The translations under genes and the position numbers were made by a program. DNA of 64,000 nt. Origin: Vicugna vicugna. Its lineage: Eukaryota. Location: contig MU057989.1 of the NCBI GenBank assembly GCA_013265495.1, positions 124,001 through 188,000 of the forward strand, given 5' to 3'. Below, piece after piece: positions 13,901 to 26,002 of the stretch. The notes under the pieces are model-generated. The model ran no database searches, was not told where the DNA came from, and was given only the letters and a program-made list of their open reading frames with translations. Position 1 is the first letter of the stretch, and the number at the start of each line of letters is the position of its first letter.

Positions 13901-14555
13901 ACTCGAGGGGAGAAATAGGCTCCTCTTGCTGAAGTATTCGCCAAACATTTTCTAAACCCATCACAGTAATAAAGGAGAACTTTACGTTTTCTGCCAAAGA
14001 ATCTTGAAAAGGCCAGGGTACAAATCCTGGCAACTTCTTCGGAGCAGGGGATGGGACTTCACAGGGGTGTTGGGTGAATCCCAGGACATACGAATGTAGA
14101 AAGCCAGGAATTCCCAAATAATATGTCATGGAGCAGTCTCACATTTTAAAGGAACTGATATGATGTATGTATATGTGTGTGTATAAAAATGACCTACTTC
14201 CTACAATGAAATCTACTGAAGTTAATTTTTACCTTGTGTAGATCCATTTGTCTGTTTTATTGATGTTTTTCCCCAGTGAAAAGTGTATTTTGATAGAGAG
14301 CTTTTCATTTTATAAATACACTATGAGTTACTGGGGGAAAAAATGATCTAGTATATCAATTGTTTATTTACATCAATAAACCATTCAATTTAAAAAAATG
14401 ATCTAGTTGAAGGTGATCTTTAGGGAAAAAGAATTACAGGAATCTTAACATTCTTTACTGTCTATTACCAGCATGTTTGGGTTTGTATAATGAATATGTG
14501 TTTCTTTGTGATCAGGGAGGTGGAAGATACAAAACATGACGGTGAGTCCCAGTGA
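1904..14555 (+). CDS. FLYWCH1: FLYWCH-type zinc finger-containing protein 1 (five FLYWCH domains), 8 coding exons
   Basis: Exons: 1904-2237, 2500(or 2503)-2961, 3944-4408, 4583-4846, 8108-8371, 9357-9629, 10549-10621, 14516-14555. All have AG/GT boundaries and consistent phase. Starts MPLPEPSEQEGESVKAGQEPSP, has five repeats of EFL[KR]TxxGGxxLVxESFLY...YWxCR....GCRxRAIT...HCH, and ends ...CSPESQQSYG-EVEDTKHDGESQ*, matching the human FLYWCH1 architecture as recalled. Confidence 0.95.
5300..6760 (-). mobile_element. Probable ancient L1M/HAL1-like LINE remnant in a FLYWCH1 intron
   Basis: The minus strand is purine/A-rich with stretches reminiscent of decayed ORF1 (for example around 6430-6560). 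The assignment is tentative and from pattern only. Confidence 0.3.
10625..10990. mobile_element. MaLR (MLT1-like) LTR, first part, interrupted by an L1
   Basis: Typical MLT1 text (ttgctgcgtcacaaattaccacaaaacttagtg...ctctcacagtgtctgggggtcaag...gctgggtggttc). It appears to resume at ~13805-13970. Confidence 0.6.
11358..11518 (+). mobile_element. tRNA-derived SINE (camelid Vic-type)
   Basis: Head GGGGGAGGGTACAGCTCAGTGGTAG...GGTCCTGGGTTCAATCCCCAGCACC with A and B boxes, then a (TAAA)n tail. Flanked by a 12-bp TSD TAAAAAAGAAGA (11346-11357 and 11519-11530). Confidence 0.85.
13305..13440 (+). mobile_element. tRNA-derived SINE (camelid Vic-type)
   Basis: Same head as the 11358 copy (ATAGCTCAGAAGTAGAG...GGTTCAATCCCCAG). 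12-bp TSD TAAAAAGGAATG at 13293-13304 and 13441-13452. Confidence 0.85.
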
Positions 14556-15649
14556 GGCCAGTCTTCTCCCCAGCTCAGCAGAGGAATCTTGAGTGTTGTC
14601 AGCGTCAAGGATGCTCCGGGTCCACAGAGGGCCCCGGCATTCCCACCCGGTAGATTTCGCTTGACAAATCCTCTCTGTCACTCTTCCAAAGCATCCATCC
14701 ATGGCCTTCATGTTTCCTCAAGGGGTCTCTCAGGATGGTGTCTCCGTGCTGGCCAAGAAAAGCACCAGGAGCTGGCGGCCTGCAGCTGTGTGTGATGCGG
14801 GGGTGTTGTGGGGGAGGCCACAACCTCCAAGAGATCTGAAGAAGCATCTTTCACCAAAACACCTCTCCCCTGCTCTGTCGCTTCAAGCTGCAAACACCCA
14901 CCATGTCCAGAGCCTTCAGCTTCGCCAAGGACATTCTTGTTGAGTGCGGTCCTGTTTCGGCTCCACAAAGTCGAAAGTCATTGAGGAGGCCCCTTCAAGA
15001 CAAAGGTGGGGCAGGTGTGGGGAAGTTCTTGCTTCTTCAGGCTGAACCACTCTGCCCAGTTCCAGCCACCCAGGTGTTTTCCGGACAGGTGCCAAGTGGG
15101 CCTTCGCACTCCTTGGCCACCTGCTGCCAGGGCGTGGCTGTCCCTGCCGGAACAGAGGACGCCAAAACCAGAGTCCTAGCTCCACCCTCTGTTGGATTTC
15201 TTTTGCTGTTTTTCAACTGAAATTAAACCCAGTGTCGACAATGCCCACGGGAGGTGGTGTTCCTGGCAGTGGGAGCCTGCCCGACGTCTGCAGGGAGCCA
15301 GCGCTGGGCAGAGGCTATGTGGCTGAGGCCAGCGGGGCCCTGGGTCGCCCACGTTTGCCTGATGCAGGAGGAAAGGCAGACCAGAAGGATCCCCTTCTCC
15401 TGTCTAGTAGCACAGCTGGGAGCCAGCCTACAGTCCGGAAGATACAGGCTGATGTCCCCAATGAACTCCAGAGGTTGCTGCTTGCTAACAGGGTTGCATC
15501 CTCCACAGCAGGCTCCTTGCCCCAACCCTGTAATTACAGAGGAAGCCCACAGTGCAGGCTCCCTGTCTCGTGGCAAGCTGGCCTTGCAGCCTGCCATCCA
15601 GCTACAGCACAGTGATAGCTCGCTGTCCCTCTGCCTATACATTTCCCGC

Positions 15650-15655
15650 AATAAA
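15650..15655 (+). terminator. FLYWCH1: Candidate FLYWCH1 poly(A) signal (a second AATAAA lies at 17134-17139)
   Basis: AATAAA ~1.1 kb downstream of the stop codon. Confidence 0.4.
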
Positions 15656-18059
15656 CTCTATTTTATATCTCACCGTGTAGAGATGCTGTGTCCACATCCC
15701 CTTTGCAGCCACAGATGGGCACCATGAGACCACACACTCCACGTGTCTCAGTGCCAGGTGGTTGGAGGTGACAGAGTTTGGTTGGGCACCCACTCCGGGG
15801 AGACCTCCATGCCTGGGACAGCGCCTGGTCACCTGGCTCACGTATCAGCTGGACTAACAGTGGGTGGGTGTCCTCAGAGAGGTTGCTGAGAGGTCTGCCC
15901 CAAGCCCAGTGCAGCACCTGCTGGCTATTCTCCGGCCCTCATGTAGCTGAAGAGAGGCCTTGATCCTCTGCTGACTCACCCTGAGTCCTCCCTGACTTGT
16001 TTCCATAAGCTGGGGCAAGCTTAAAATGGAAATGGCACCCCCAGACAACCTTGACCCCCAAGACCCTGGCTGCTTTCCTGTGCAGGTAATTGGCCCATCT
16101 CTTGACTCAACTATCGGCTTCACGGGACCCTTGCCCACCAGCCTGGCCAGTAGTCATGAGATGGTTCAGCAATGGACAGCCCACCTCCCAGACAGGAGGC
16201 AGCCATCTGCCAAGAGGCCCATTGTGCTGCTGGCCCCTGCAGTGGACACTCGATACTTTGCCATGAAGCACATTGCCCCAAGACAGTGACCAGCCCGTGG
16301 CCAACACCAAAGACACGACCCTGTGAGAACAGATATACCCCAATCCTAGACCCACAGATGTGCACGCCCACAGAAGGCAGCCACACCTAGAGGAAGGCAC
16401 CTGGATTCAAAGGAGAGTCAAGTCTGTGCCACCCCTAGCTGGGTCGCCACTCAGTCCCCCATGACAGGAAACCCCACACAGGCCTGAGGTATCCAGCAAG
16501 AAGCACTGAGTCCCTGCAGCCATTGTCATCTGCAACACCTGCAGGGTCACTGGTTCTGCAGCTTCCATAGCAGGGCCTCCATGGGGCTCAGAGCTGACTA
16601 CTCCCCAACCCAAGTCCCAGGTCTGGCACCTTGGCTGGGCTCCAGGCACCCAGAAGTTGGGGTGCAGCATGAGGAGGATTAGGGGAAGCACCAAGCCAGG
16701 GCCATAAGCTCTTCCTCTTCTCTGCACCTTTGACCTTAGAGAGCAGATGGATGGTCCACATTGCTCAGGCTGAGAACTCCCAGATGGAAATGAATTTGGA
16801 TGCTGCTGCTGCCTTGGGTGGCCCCAAGGCCTCCTGCCACTGAGCTCCAGAGTCTCCCCTTTGTATGGCCACTTCTTCCATGGTTCCAGAGCCAAAGAGA
16901 TGTCCCTTGCCCCATCTGTATCACAGAGCAAAGCGCACAGGGGCAGGCCCCTCCATGAAGCTGGCCCCTTGTGGATGATGACAGGTGGGTGGGGTCATGT
17001 CCTTCATCCCTGTTTCCACTCTGCACTAGTTTCTCCCAGTAAACTCTATTTCATATGTATGCACCATACAGAGCTGGTAGAGTGTCTCTGTGTCCCTTTG
17101 GATGACTGCACAAAATCTCATTAAGAAATTTGAAATAAAAAATTCATGAGCAGTAAAAACACCAATGAGGAACTCGAATTTTAAAAATGGGGAGCAGTGG
17201 CCAGCTCTAGGGCCCTGGCTTCTAGTCCTGTCCCCAGGGTTATGAGGTGAGTGTCCCTGAAATGCTTGTCCTGGCCCAGCTCTTCCTGCCACCATGTCCT
17301 CCATCAAGATGGCTCTGGCAGGGGGCACCAAGGACTTCCTAAAGTCAGCGGGTGCATATCAGCGCTCACCTTCAGGCACTGACTCTTCCTTCTTGATCCC
17401 TGCAGACCTGAAGGAGGCTTTGGGGTTCTCCACCGACTTCCCTCCAGGGCTCCTCGGCCCCCTCCCAACCTATAAGCACGGTGATTGGTGTTCTGGAGAC
17501 TAGATCTCAGCCCTTTTCTGCCCAGCCACTGCCAAGGTTTACGGTCTGTCAGTCTGCAGCCTCAGTCCAGGCATCCCTTCTGTCCCTTCTGCAACCAAAC
17601 CCGTGTGTCCAGCTGCCTCCAGGACCTTGACCCTGGGTATCTCATGATCATCAGCAGCACAGGTGGTGAAGGGAAGTGTCCTCCTATTGTCCCTTATGTC
17701 TGAAGGCTCCACACATAAGCAGAAACCCGGAGCCATCCTCGACGCCACCCCACCTGTCCCTACATCCTGTCAGCTGTCAGTGCCACCAGTGCCACCCTGC
17801 TTAGTTTTCTTTTTTTAGTATCAGCTTTATTGAGATATAATACACATACCATACAATTCACCTACTCAAGTGTATGATCCAATGGCTATTAGTATATTCA
17901 CAGAGTAGGGCATCTGTCACCACTGTCTTATTCCAGAACGTTTCATCACCCCAAAAGGAAACCCCAAACCCATTAGCAATCACTGCCTCTGCCAGTTTCT
18001 TTCCCTGTGTGCTAAGGCTGATGGGGTTCCTTCCTCTGGTGCCAGGAGAATTGGGGGAA

Positions 18060-18405
18060 TCGGGTATCTTGATCTGCTCAGGCTGCCATAATATACAACA
18101 AATGTTGATTTCTTAGTTCTGGAGGCTGAAAGTCTGAGATCAGGGTGTGGGCATGGCCGGGTTCTGGTGAGAGCACTTTTCCTAGTTTACAGTCGGCCAC
18201 CTTCTTACTGGGTCTTTACATGGGGAGCAGAAGAAGGGTTGGCCTAGCTAACTTTCTGGCCTCTTCTTATAAGGCACTAACCCATCATGAGGGCTCTACC
18301 CTGACCTAAACACCTCCCAAAGACCCCACCTGTTAATACTGTCACACTGGGATTAGGGCTTCAACGTGTGAGTTTGCCGGGGACATACACATTCAGTCCA
18401 TAGCA
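18060..18405. mobile_element. MaLR (MLT1-like) LTR
   Basis: Characteristic text: ttctggaggctgaaagtctgagatcagggtg...ttataaggcactaacccatcatgagggc...cacattcagtccatagca. Confidence 0.7.
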
Positions 18406-18977
18406 CCAGCAGGGCACCCATAAAGTAAAGAAGACCCTTAGTCAGTCGTTGGATTAATAAACATCCCCATCCCTGGGGCCCTGAGTCACCTTGAGCCCCA
18501 GCCACTTACCTTTGTGATCACCGCAGCCTCCAGTGTCCCCTCTCTGCAATCCATCCCCATGATAACCGAGGGCTTTTTCTAAAATTTAACCCCATCACAC
18601 AACACCTGCCCCAGGTGTCTTCTCCCTGGTGCTCATGTCAGGTATGAATGACTACCTGGTTCAAGGACCAGAAGCCAGATGTACCCCAGGGGGGTCTCTG
18701 GAGACCAAGAACAGGGCAGCTGCATCCTCACCACAGCTCCTCAGAGCTCAGCCTCTCCCATCTGCCCACCCCACTGTCCCCCTGAGGGCTCCAAGGGCAC
18801 TGGAAGGGCCCCTCAGCTTCCTCCCATCAGAAAAAAAGACAAGACTCTGGTTGCTGGAGGGGCTGTTCAGGGGAGTTGGACCTCATTTGAGAGAGGAATT
18901 TGTCCAAGAAAGAGATAGTGGTGGCCAGACTAGGGTGGCAAAAAGGATGGAAAAGGGACAAGAAATGATTAAGAGAT

Positions 18978-19330
18978 GTTATGAGTTGAATTGTGTCCCC
19001 CCCCCAATTCATATGCTAAAGTCCTAACCCCTAGTACCTCAGAATATGACTTTCTTTGGAAAGAGGTCATTGCAGATGTAATGAGTTCAGATGAGGTCAT
19101 ACTGGAGTAGGTTGGGGCCCAAATCCAATATGACTGATGTCCTTATAAAAAGAAGAAGTTTGGACACAGAAACTCACACAGGGAGAACGCCACATGCAGA
19201 CGAAGGCAGAGACTGTGGTGACTGACTTCTACAAGCCAAGGAATGTCGATGATAGCCAACAAGTCACCAGAAACTAAGTGAGAGGCGTCAAACATTCCCT
19301 CTCCCAGCTCTCAGAAGGAACCAGCCCTGG
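18978..19330. mobile_element. MaLR (MLT1-like) LTR
   Basis: Characteristic text: tgttatgagttgaattgtgtccccc...gtcctaacccctagtacctcagaatatgac...tccaatatgactgatgtccttataaaaaga. Confidence 0.75.
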
Positions 19331-20699
19331 AGAGAACTGGATAAGGGTGGGAAGATGTATTAGCCAAGGTAAATTGTGTCAGCTGCTGTAACAAGCAAAC
19401 CTCCAATCTCAGTGGCTTAAGACTCCACTCATGCAGAGTCATATGCTGATACTTCTGGTTGGTGGCACCTTTTACAAGGTCACTTGGGAATCAGGCTCCT
19501 TCCACCCTCCTCTAGGCCCTAGGAATCTCCTCCATTCAGTTGGTGAGTGAAGGAGACAGAAACTGAGACTGTTGAGGGCAGACCTAGCAGGGTTCTACAT
19601 AAGCTTTCCAAACTTCAGCTCCTGGGGATCTTGTTAAACACAGGTTCTGATAAAGGAGGTCTGGGGTAGGGTGTGAGAGTCTGCGTTTCTAACAAGCTCC
19701 CATGTGATGCTAATGTTGGTCCAGGCCCTTGCCTTGAGTATTGAGGGGTGAGAGACATCACTCCTTCCCATGCACAGTTGGCCAGAACTCACTTCTGTGG
19801 TCACTCCAAATGCAAGGGAAGCAGGGAAATGAAGTTCAGCTGTTTGTGCAGAAGCTGGAGGAACAGGGTGAGTAAACAATCAGGGGGTAGGCAAGGGCCA
19901 GATAGTAGGGACCCAGCCTTCCCACAACAATGGTACCATTGCAGGGGAAAGACTGGGGGGGGGAGTCTTGACTGGGACTGTGGGCCTCTCAGCAGGGCAG
20001 CCTTTCTGAACTCCCGGGAGTTGGGAGTGGTGAGGGTGAGAGCCCAGGCCTTCCTTAGCTGGAGTGAGCCACCTGGGCCTAGAGCTTGCAGTGCAGCTAC
20101 TGACCCTCACCTTGGTGCCTGAGTCCTGGAACTGAGCTCCTCATCCATCTCACCCAAGATTCCTTTTGCAGGAGACCCGGCCAGGCAATGGGGGCCCAAA
20201 GTGCAATGCACCAGATGGACAGTCCCTTTTGGTTCACCTTCCTGCCAGCAAAGGGGTTAGTTCTTCCTCCAGTCCCTCCACTGACCCTCATTCTGTACCC
20301 TGGTGGTCCTTGTCCTCACCTTGCCCTTTCTTCAGGTGACCCTTGGAAATGAGGTTCCCCATGCACCCCCATCACCCAGGCCATGGCCCAGGCTTGCCAC
20401 CCCAGGATGCTCTCCATGGGCCAGAATCTAGGAGGAAGCCATGCCAGGGCAGCCCCAGAACTCACAGGTGGAGGGGAAAGGGGGCCAGTTCGATGGGCTT
20501 TACTGCTTCCTCCATAGGTGGGGTGTCAGGTGGGTTCTCCCAGCTGGACTAGCCTGTGCAGGTGAGACTCCCAGTCCTGTGCTCAGCAGAGCTGGGAAAC
20601 TGGGAGGCGATCGAGCGCCAGCCTGGCAGCTGAGAGGGCTCCCCCAAGAGGCAGCTAGGACTCTGGCTTCCAATCTCAGCAAGCCAACTCCTTAGAAAG

Positions 20700-22800
20700 C
20701 ACTCGCTGCGTGACACAAGCACCCCTCCCCCAAATCCATGCAGGAAGCACTAACTTCGATGGGAGGTCTTCGCGGGTCCCCTCACCACCACCGGCACCTG
20801 AGCCCCCTATCTGGGGCGGGGCGCGGGTACTGACAGGGCGGGGACAGGTCCTTTTAGGCTGGATAGCCTAGTAGGGGCCTTGTGAGGGGGTTGGGAGGCT
20901 GGAATGAGGGGCAAGACATCTAGGCGGGGCAGGGTTGCTCTGGGCCCCCAGCCACCACCCATCTCCTTCCCGGGCCCCCGCCCCCGCCCTCCCACGCACC
21001 TGCGCTGGCCTCCCCCCAAGCCCTGGGGGCAGCCGGCGGGCGCTGCTGGGAGATCAGAGGACTCAGAGGAGTCGGGCCCAGGGGGAGGGGGCGGGGAATT
21101 TCCCCCCACGCCTGCCTGGGCCTGCTACCCTCCCCCTCCCCCTCCAGGTGGGGGGCATCGCTGGGGAATTCCACCGAGCTGCGATGTGGCTCCGGCGAGC
21201 CTGGGCTGGGGGTCCTAGGGGGAGGAGAGGAGAGGACAGGCTGGGACCAGGGGCACAGCTGCCTTCCTCCCCAGACACCAGCTGCCCCTGCCTGTCCAGG
21301 ACTGAGCGTCCACCATTCCAGCCTGTCAGGCGGGTGCGGGGGCAGGGAGTGGCACTTCCTCAGGCCAGAGGAGTCGGGACCTGGGGTGGGAAGGGCTGGA
21401 GGATCTGAGTGAGGTGCCTATGAGCACCTCACAATGATGGGTGACTGAGTGGGAGTGCGTGCGTGCACTTCATTCAAGAGTGTCTGTGAGCTGGAGACTC
21501 CAGGGTGTCCCGGGGGTGCATGGCCTCAGAAGAGGGTCCTCCCCCATTACAGTCCTGTCCACCAGCCTGGCCGGTCCTTATCCACACGCTCCCACTAGAA
21601 TCTTCACCGACCCTGAGAAGGGGAGGGGCAGGGAGGCGCGCGCCGGGACAGGCAGGGTCCCGGAGATGGGGGCGGGCGTGGGAGACGTCTGGACCTGCTG
21701 CCTCCGCTCCAGTCTCGGGCGGGGCAGATCTGGACGAGGGAGGCTCAGAGGGAGGCGCAGCTGGTGGGGGCGGTGTGGAAGCCGAGGCACGACCCCGAGC
21801 AAGGAGAGGCAGAGACGGACAACGCCCCTGGCCCGAGACACCCCACCCCCGCCTCCCTTGGGGAGACTCCCAGTAGGGACCTGGGCAGAGAGACGCCTTC
21901 AGGGCCAGAAACCCTGGGAGGCAAATACCCCTGGGAGATATTTCCCCCGCCCCAGACTGAGAGCGCCTCCCAGAGTGAGATCAGGGCAGACAGTCAGAAG
22001 ACGACGCCCCCAGGTCTCCAGGGAGGCTTCGGAGCGACCCCAGAGGCGACAGCGCCGTGTGAGGGCCAGGAAGATCTCTCCTTGGTTGGGGGCGATGGGG
22101 ACACGGGCCTCGCAGGGCCTCCTCCTCCTCCTACTCTTCCTCCCGCTGCTACGGCCACGCGGGGCCTCAGCGGGGAGCCTGCATAGCCCAGGTGAGTCCC
22201 AGCCCAGCGACTGGGCCGTGGTCACCACTCCCTCCTCGGCCTCCGCGCCTAGAAACCCCAGTCTCGAGGCTGAGGAGGGGACAGAGCAGGTGGTGGAAGC
22301 AGCTGAGCAGCCGAGGGCCCCGTGGGCGCCAGGGACACTGGCTGGGGAGCCGGGCGGGAGTTGGCGTCGGAGGGTGGGGTGAGGATGCCGGGAGAGGGTC
22401 CGGACCTCCCCAGGCCCCGCTGTTGCGGTGCAGGCCTGTCCGAGTGCTTCCAGGTGAATGGCGCCGACTACCGCGGTTACCAGAACCGCACGGGCCCACG
22501 CGGGGCAGGCCGGCCGTGCCTCTTCTGGGATCAGACGCAGCAGCACAGTTACAGCAGCGCCAGCGACCCCCAGGGCCGCTGGGGGCTGGGCGCGCACAAC
22601 TTCTGCCGGTGAGGGGCGGGTCTAGGGGCGGGTCTTTCTCTGGGGCGGGGCTGGGTGCATCCTTGCAGGCGTTGGCCCGGGGCCTTGGCGTAGGCGGAGC
22701 GGGGGTCTCCGTAGGGCGGGCAGAGGGGGCCACCTCGAGGGCCTGAGGGCGGATCCTAAACGAGGAGTAGGGCCTGGCCGGCGCTGGGGGCGTAGCAGGG
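20700..22800 (+). promoter_or_regulatory. KREMEN2: CpG island / promoter of KREMEN2
   Basis: High CpG density, several GGGCGG boxes and two kB-like sites (21093-21105, 21163-21172). Spans exons 1-2. Confidence 0.7.
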
Positions 22801-25647
22801 CTCTCAGAACATTTTCCGACCCGGGTCGGGCCTTAGGAACCTAACTTCTGAAAAGCCTCTGGTCAGGCCTGGGCACTCAAGGGGCCCATGAGGGCGGGGC
22901 TTAGTCAGGGGGTTAAACTCCCGAGTGAGGGGACGGTCTCTTGGCGTACAGCTTTTTTGAGAGGCATCTACTTGCGGTGACAGAGGGATCGGGGGTTCAG
23001 AGACACAGCTGCGGTTTGAAGCGGCAGGGACCGAGCTGAGCAGGAGAACACCTCCCTCCTGAGCCACAAAGGTTAGGGCTCATCACTTCTGCTTTAAAGC
23101 AGTGTTCCAAGACAAGGGAATGACCAAGGCACATGGCTGGGTGGGGAACGAACACTACAAATGGCTTCAAAGTCTTCATATATGACGTCCAAGCAACAGT
23201 TGAAGACCTAAAATCAGCACACAGGGTCCCTTTAATGACTTCCCACCATCTACTCGGCAGTTGACATCCGTTCTGGTGGGGCAAACCAGAATTTAACACA
23301 CACGGTGACCATTTTGCAAATAAGCTGTGTGTCAGGACCTGGAATTTGTGGTTCTTGGGATGGTAGGACCCCAACAGTTTCTCCCCTAACAGTAACCCAG
23401 ACGGTGACGTGCAGCCATGGTGCTACGTGGCCGAGACGGAGGAGGGCATCTACTGGCGCTACTGCGATATCCCCACGTGTCATAGTGAGTGGAGCCGGCT
23501 GGGCAAGGGTGGGAGCGCCTGGCTGCCTGGGCAGAGTTCGCTTTTGGAGGCACTACAGGGAGCTTGACTCTGCTGCCCCCTCAGTGCCTGGGTACCTGGG
23601 CTGCTTCGTGGACTCGGGGGCACCCCCGGCCCTCAGCGGCCCCAGCGGCACCTCAACAAAGCTCACAGTCCAAGTTTGCCTTCGCTTCTGCCGCATGAAG
23701 GGCTACCAGGTACTGCCCACATGCCCAGACCAGTGACCCCTGACCTTGACCTCGGGATCCAAATCAACTTCCATCTCTGACGCCAAACCTTGACACTGAT
23801 TTCTGAACCTCCAGCCCGATTCCTACTTCTGACCCCGATCCCTGGCTCCCACCACCCTACCCCCACCCCAGCCCCTGTCTCTGGGGTCACCTAGTCTGTG
23901 CTCCCAGTTGGCGGGCGTGGAAGCTGGCTATGCCTGTTTCTGTGGCTCTGAAAGCGACCTGGCCCGGGGACGCCCGGCCCCGGCCACCGACTGTGACCAG
24001 ATCTGCTTCGGTCACCCGGGCCAGCTGTGCGGCGGCGATGGGCGACTAGGCATCTACGAAGGTGAGGAGTGAGCTGTGATGAGGGGCGTGGGAGAGGGGA
24101 AGAGTCTGGGTGAGACTCAGACGGCGATGCCACGATAGGGGGTGCAATCTGGTAACGGAAGGCGGTAGGTTGGGGGCGGGGCCTGATTAAGGGATTGGGT
24201 TGAGGACCGGGTCCGAAAAAGAGACTGGTCTGAACCTGGGGGGGCAGGGCTCTGGGACTGATGGCGGGACCTGAGGAACGAATTAATTGTTTGAAGGTGA
24301 GACTTGAGGGGATTAATGGTTTGACCGCTGGGCCTTGGGAAGGGGTTGGACAGGGCTGGAGGGGAGGACCCGACTGAACTTGGAGGGGCGGGGTCCGAAG
24401 ACGCGTCTGGTCTGGCGGAGGCGGGGCCTAGATGGGGAGAGCCCCGCCCCGTGAAGGAGGAGCCCGCTGGTCTCCGGGTTCTGACCGCCGGCCCCGCCCA
24501 CAGTGTCCGTAGGCTCCTGCCAGGGAAACTGGACAGCACCTCAGGGCGTCATCTACTCCCCGGACTTCCCAGACGAGTACGGGCCAGACCGGAACTGCAG
24601 CTGGGCTCTGGGCCCGCCGGGCGCCGCTCTGGAACTCACCTTCCGCCTCTTCGAGCTGGCCGACCCGCCCGACCGGCTGGAGCTGCGCGACGCGGCCTCA
24701 GGCAGCCTGCTCCTCGCCTTCGACGGCGCCCGCCCTCCACCGCCCGGGCCGTTGCGCCTGCGCACCGCCGCGCTGCTGCTCACCTTCCGTAGCGACGCAC
24801 GCGGCCACGCGCAGGGCTTCGCGCTCACCTACCGCGGTGAGGCCCTGCCCTGTCCCCCCTCGGCCCACTCCCCCAACAGCCTGCCTCACCCCCCTCTCTG
24901 CAGGACTGCAGGACGTCGACGACTACCCGGCTCCCTCCAAGGGCTCGGCCCAGACCCCTGAAGCATCCCTCGACGGGGCCAACGTGAGCTGCAGCCCCCG
25001 GCCTGGGGCTCCGGAGGCCTCGACTGGAGGTGAGACGGGCGTAGGAGGTGGAAGGGACTTTGGGAAACAGCACCTTTCAAGCCCTGTTCTCACCACAATT
25101 GTGTGCCCGCAGCCCGGGTCTTCTCGACGGTGACGGCCATTTCAGTGATGCTGTTGCTGCTGCTGTCGCTACTGCGCCTGCTGCGCCGACGGTGCGCGAT
25201 CTGGGGCAGGACTTGAGGGCAGACCCGCTGGGCACCTGACGTCCTGGTGCCCCTGGCCGTGGGGGTCTGGTGGGAATCTGGGGCCCACGAGGGGAACGGG
25301 GCTGGAAGGAATTCCTGGGTTGAGGGACGAGGCCTTGGGTCCACACAGGGAATCATGCGTGGGATCACAGGCGAAGCAAGATGCTGGAGGTGGTGACACT
25401 GGTTGGGGGTTTGGCTGACGTCTGCTCCCTCTCTAGGAGCTGCCTGCTGGCTCCAGGTAAAGGACCCCCAGCCTTGGGGCCTTCCCGGAGCTTGGCGAGA
25501 AGTTGGGCCGTTTGGTATCGCCGGCCTCGAGGGGTGGCCCTGCCCTGTCCTCCCGGGGACCCCCAGGTTGAGAGTCTAGCTGCGAGTTACCGGCCTCTGA
25601 GTGCCTCCAGCCAGAGTTCTCTGCGCTCACTCATCTCTGCTCTCTGA
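22095..25647 (+). CDS. KREMEN2: Kremen protein 2 (kringle-WSC-CUB single-pass Dickkopf receptor), 9 exons
   Basis: Exons: 22095-22191 (signal peptide MGTRASQGLLLLLLFLPLL), 22434-22608 and 23393-23484 (kringle: ECFQVNGADYRG...NFCR/NPDGDVQPWCY), 23585-23709 and 23908-24061 (WSC), 24504-24836 (CUB: CQGNWTAPQGVIYSPDFP), 24904-25029, 25113-25191 (transmembrane), 25437-25647 (...SSLRSLISAL*). Phases are consistent. Confidence 0.95.
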
Positions 25648-25996
25648 CTTGGGATTCCTAGGGTCCAGTGGACCCTTCTACAGTGTGATGGACTCCTGAA
25701 ACCCTATGCCATACTTTGTCTACCTTGGCCTTCCGCCCTTTTGAGGGCAGTTCGCCCTCTAGTCACCTCGGGGAGGCCAGACGTGGGACAGAAAGCATCT
25801 GGTGCTATTTTGGGAACTTGGCGTGACCCTCGGGGTCCAGATGGTCCAGGCCAAAGGGCAAGAGGAATCCGGCTCCCCTCCTCATAGACCTGGATACAGG
25901 GGTCTTTGAGCCCCTCTTGGGGTGATCCTGGACTGCTGCCCACAGTGAAATGTGAGAGGTCAACAAAAATGGTCAAAAGACCAGCCATAGACTTTG

Positions 25997-26002
25997 AATA
26001 AA
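25997..26002 (+). terminator. KREMEN2: KREMEN2 poly(A) signal
   Basis: AATAAA ~350 nt after the stop codon, followed by T-rich sequence. Confidence 0.7.

Noticed and set aside
21441..22382. 313-aa ORF upstream of and overlapping KREMEN2 exon 1
   Set aside because: CpG-island read-through. Only 22095-22191 is coding (signal peptide followed by a splice donor).
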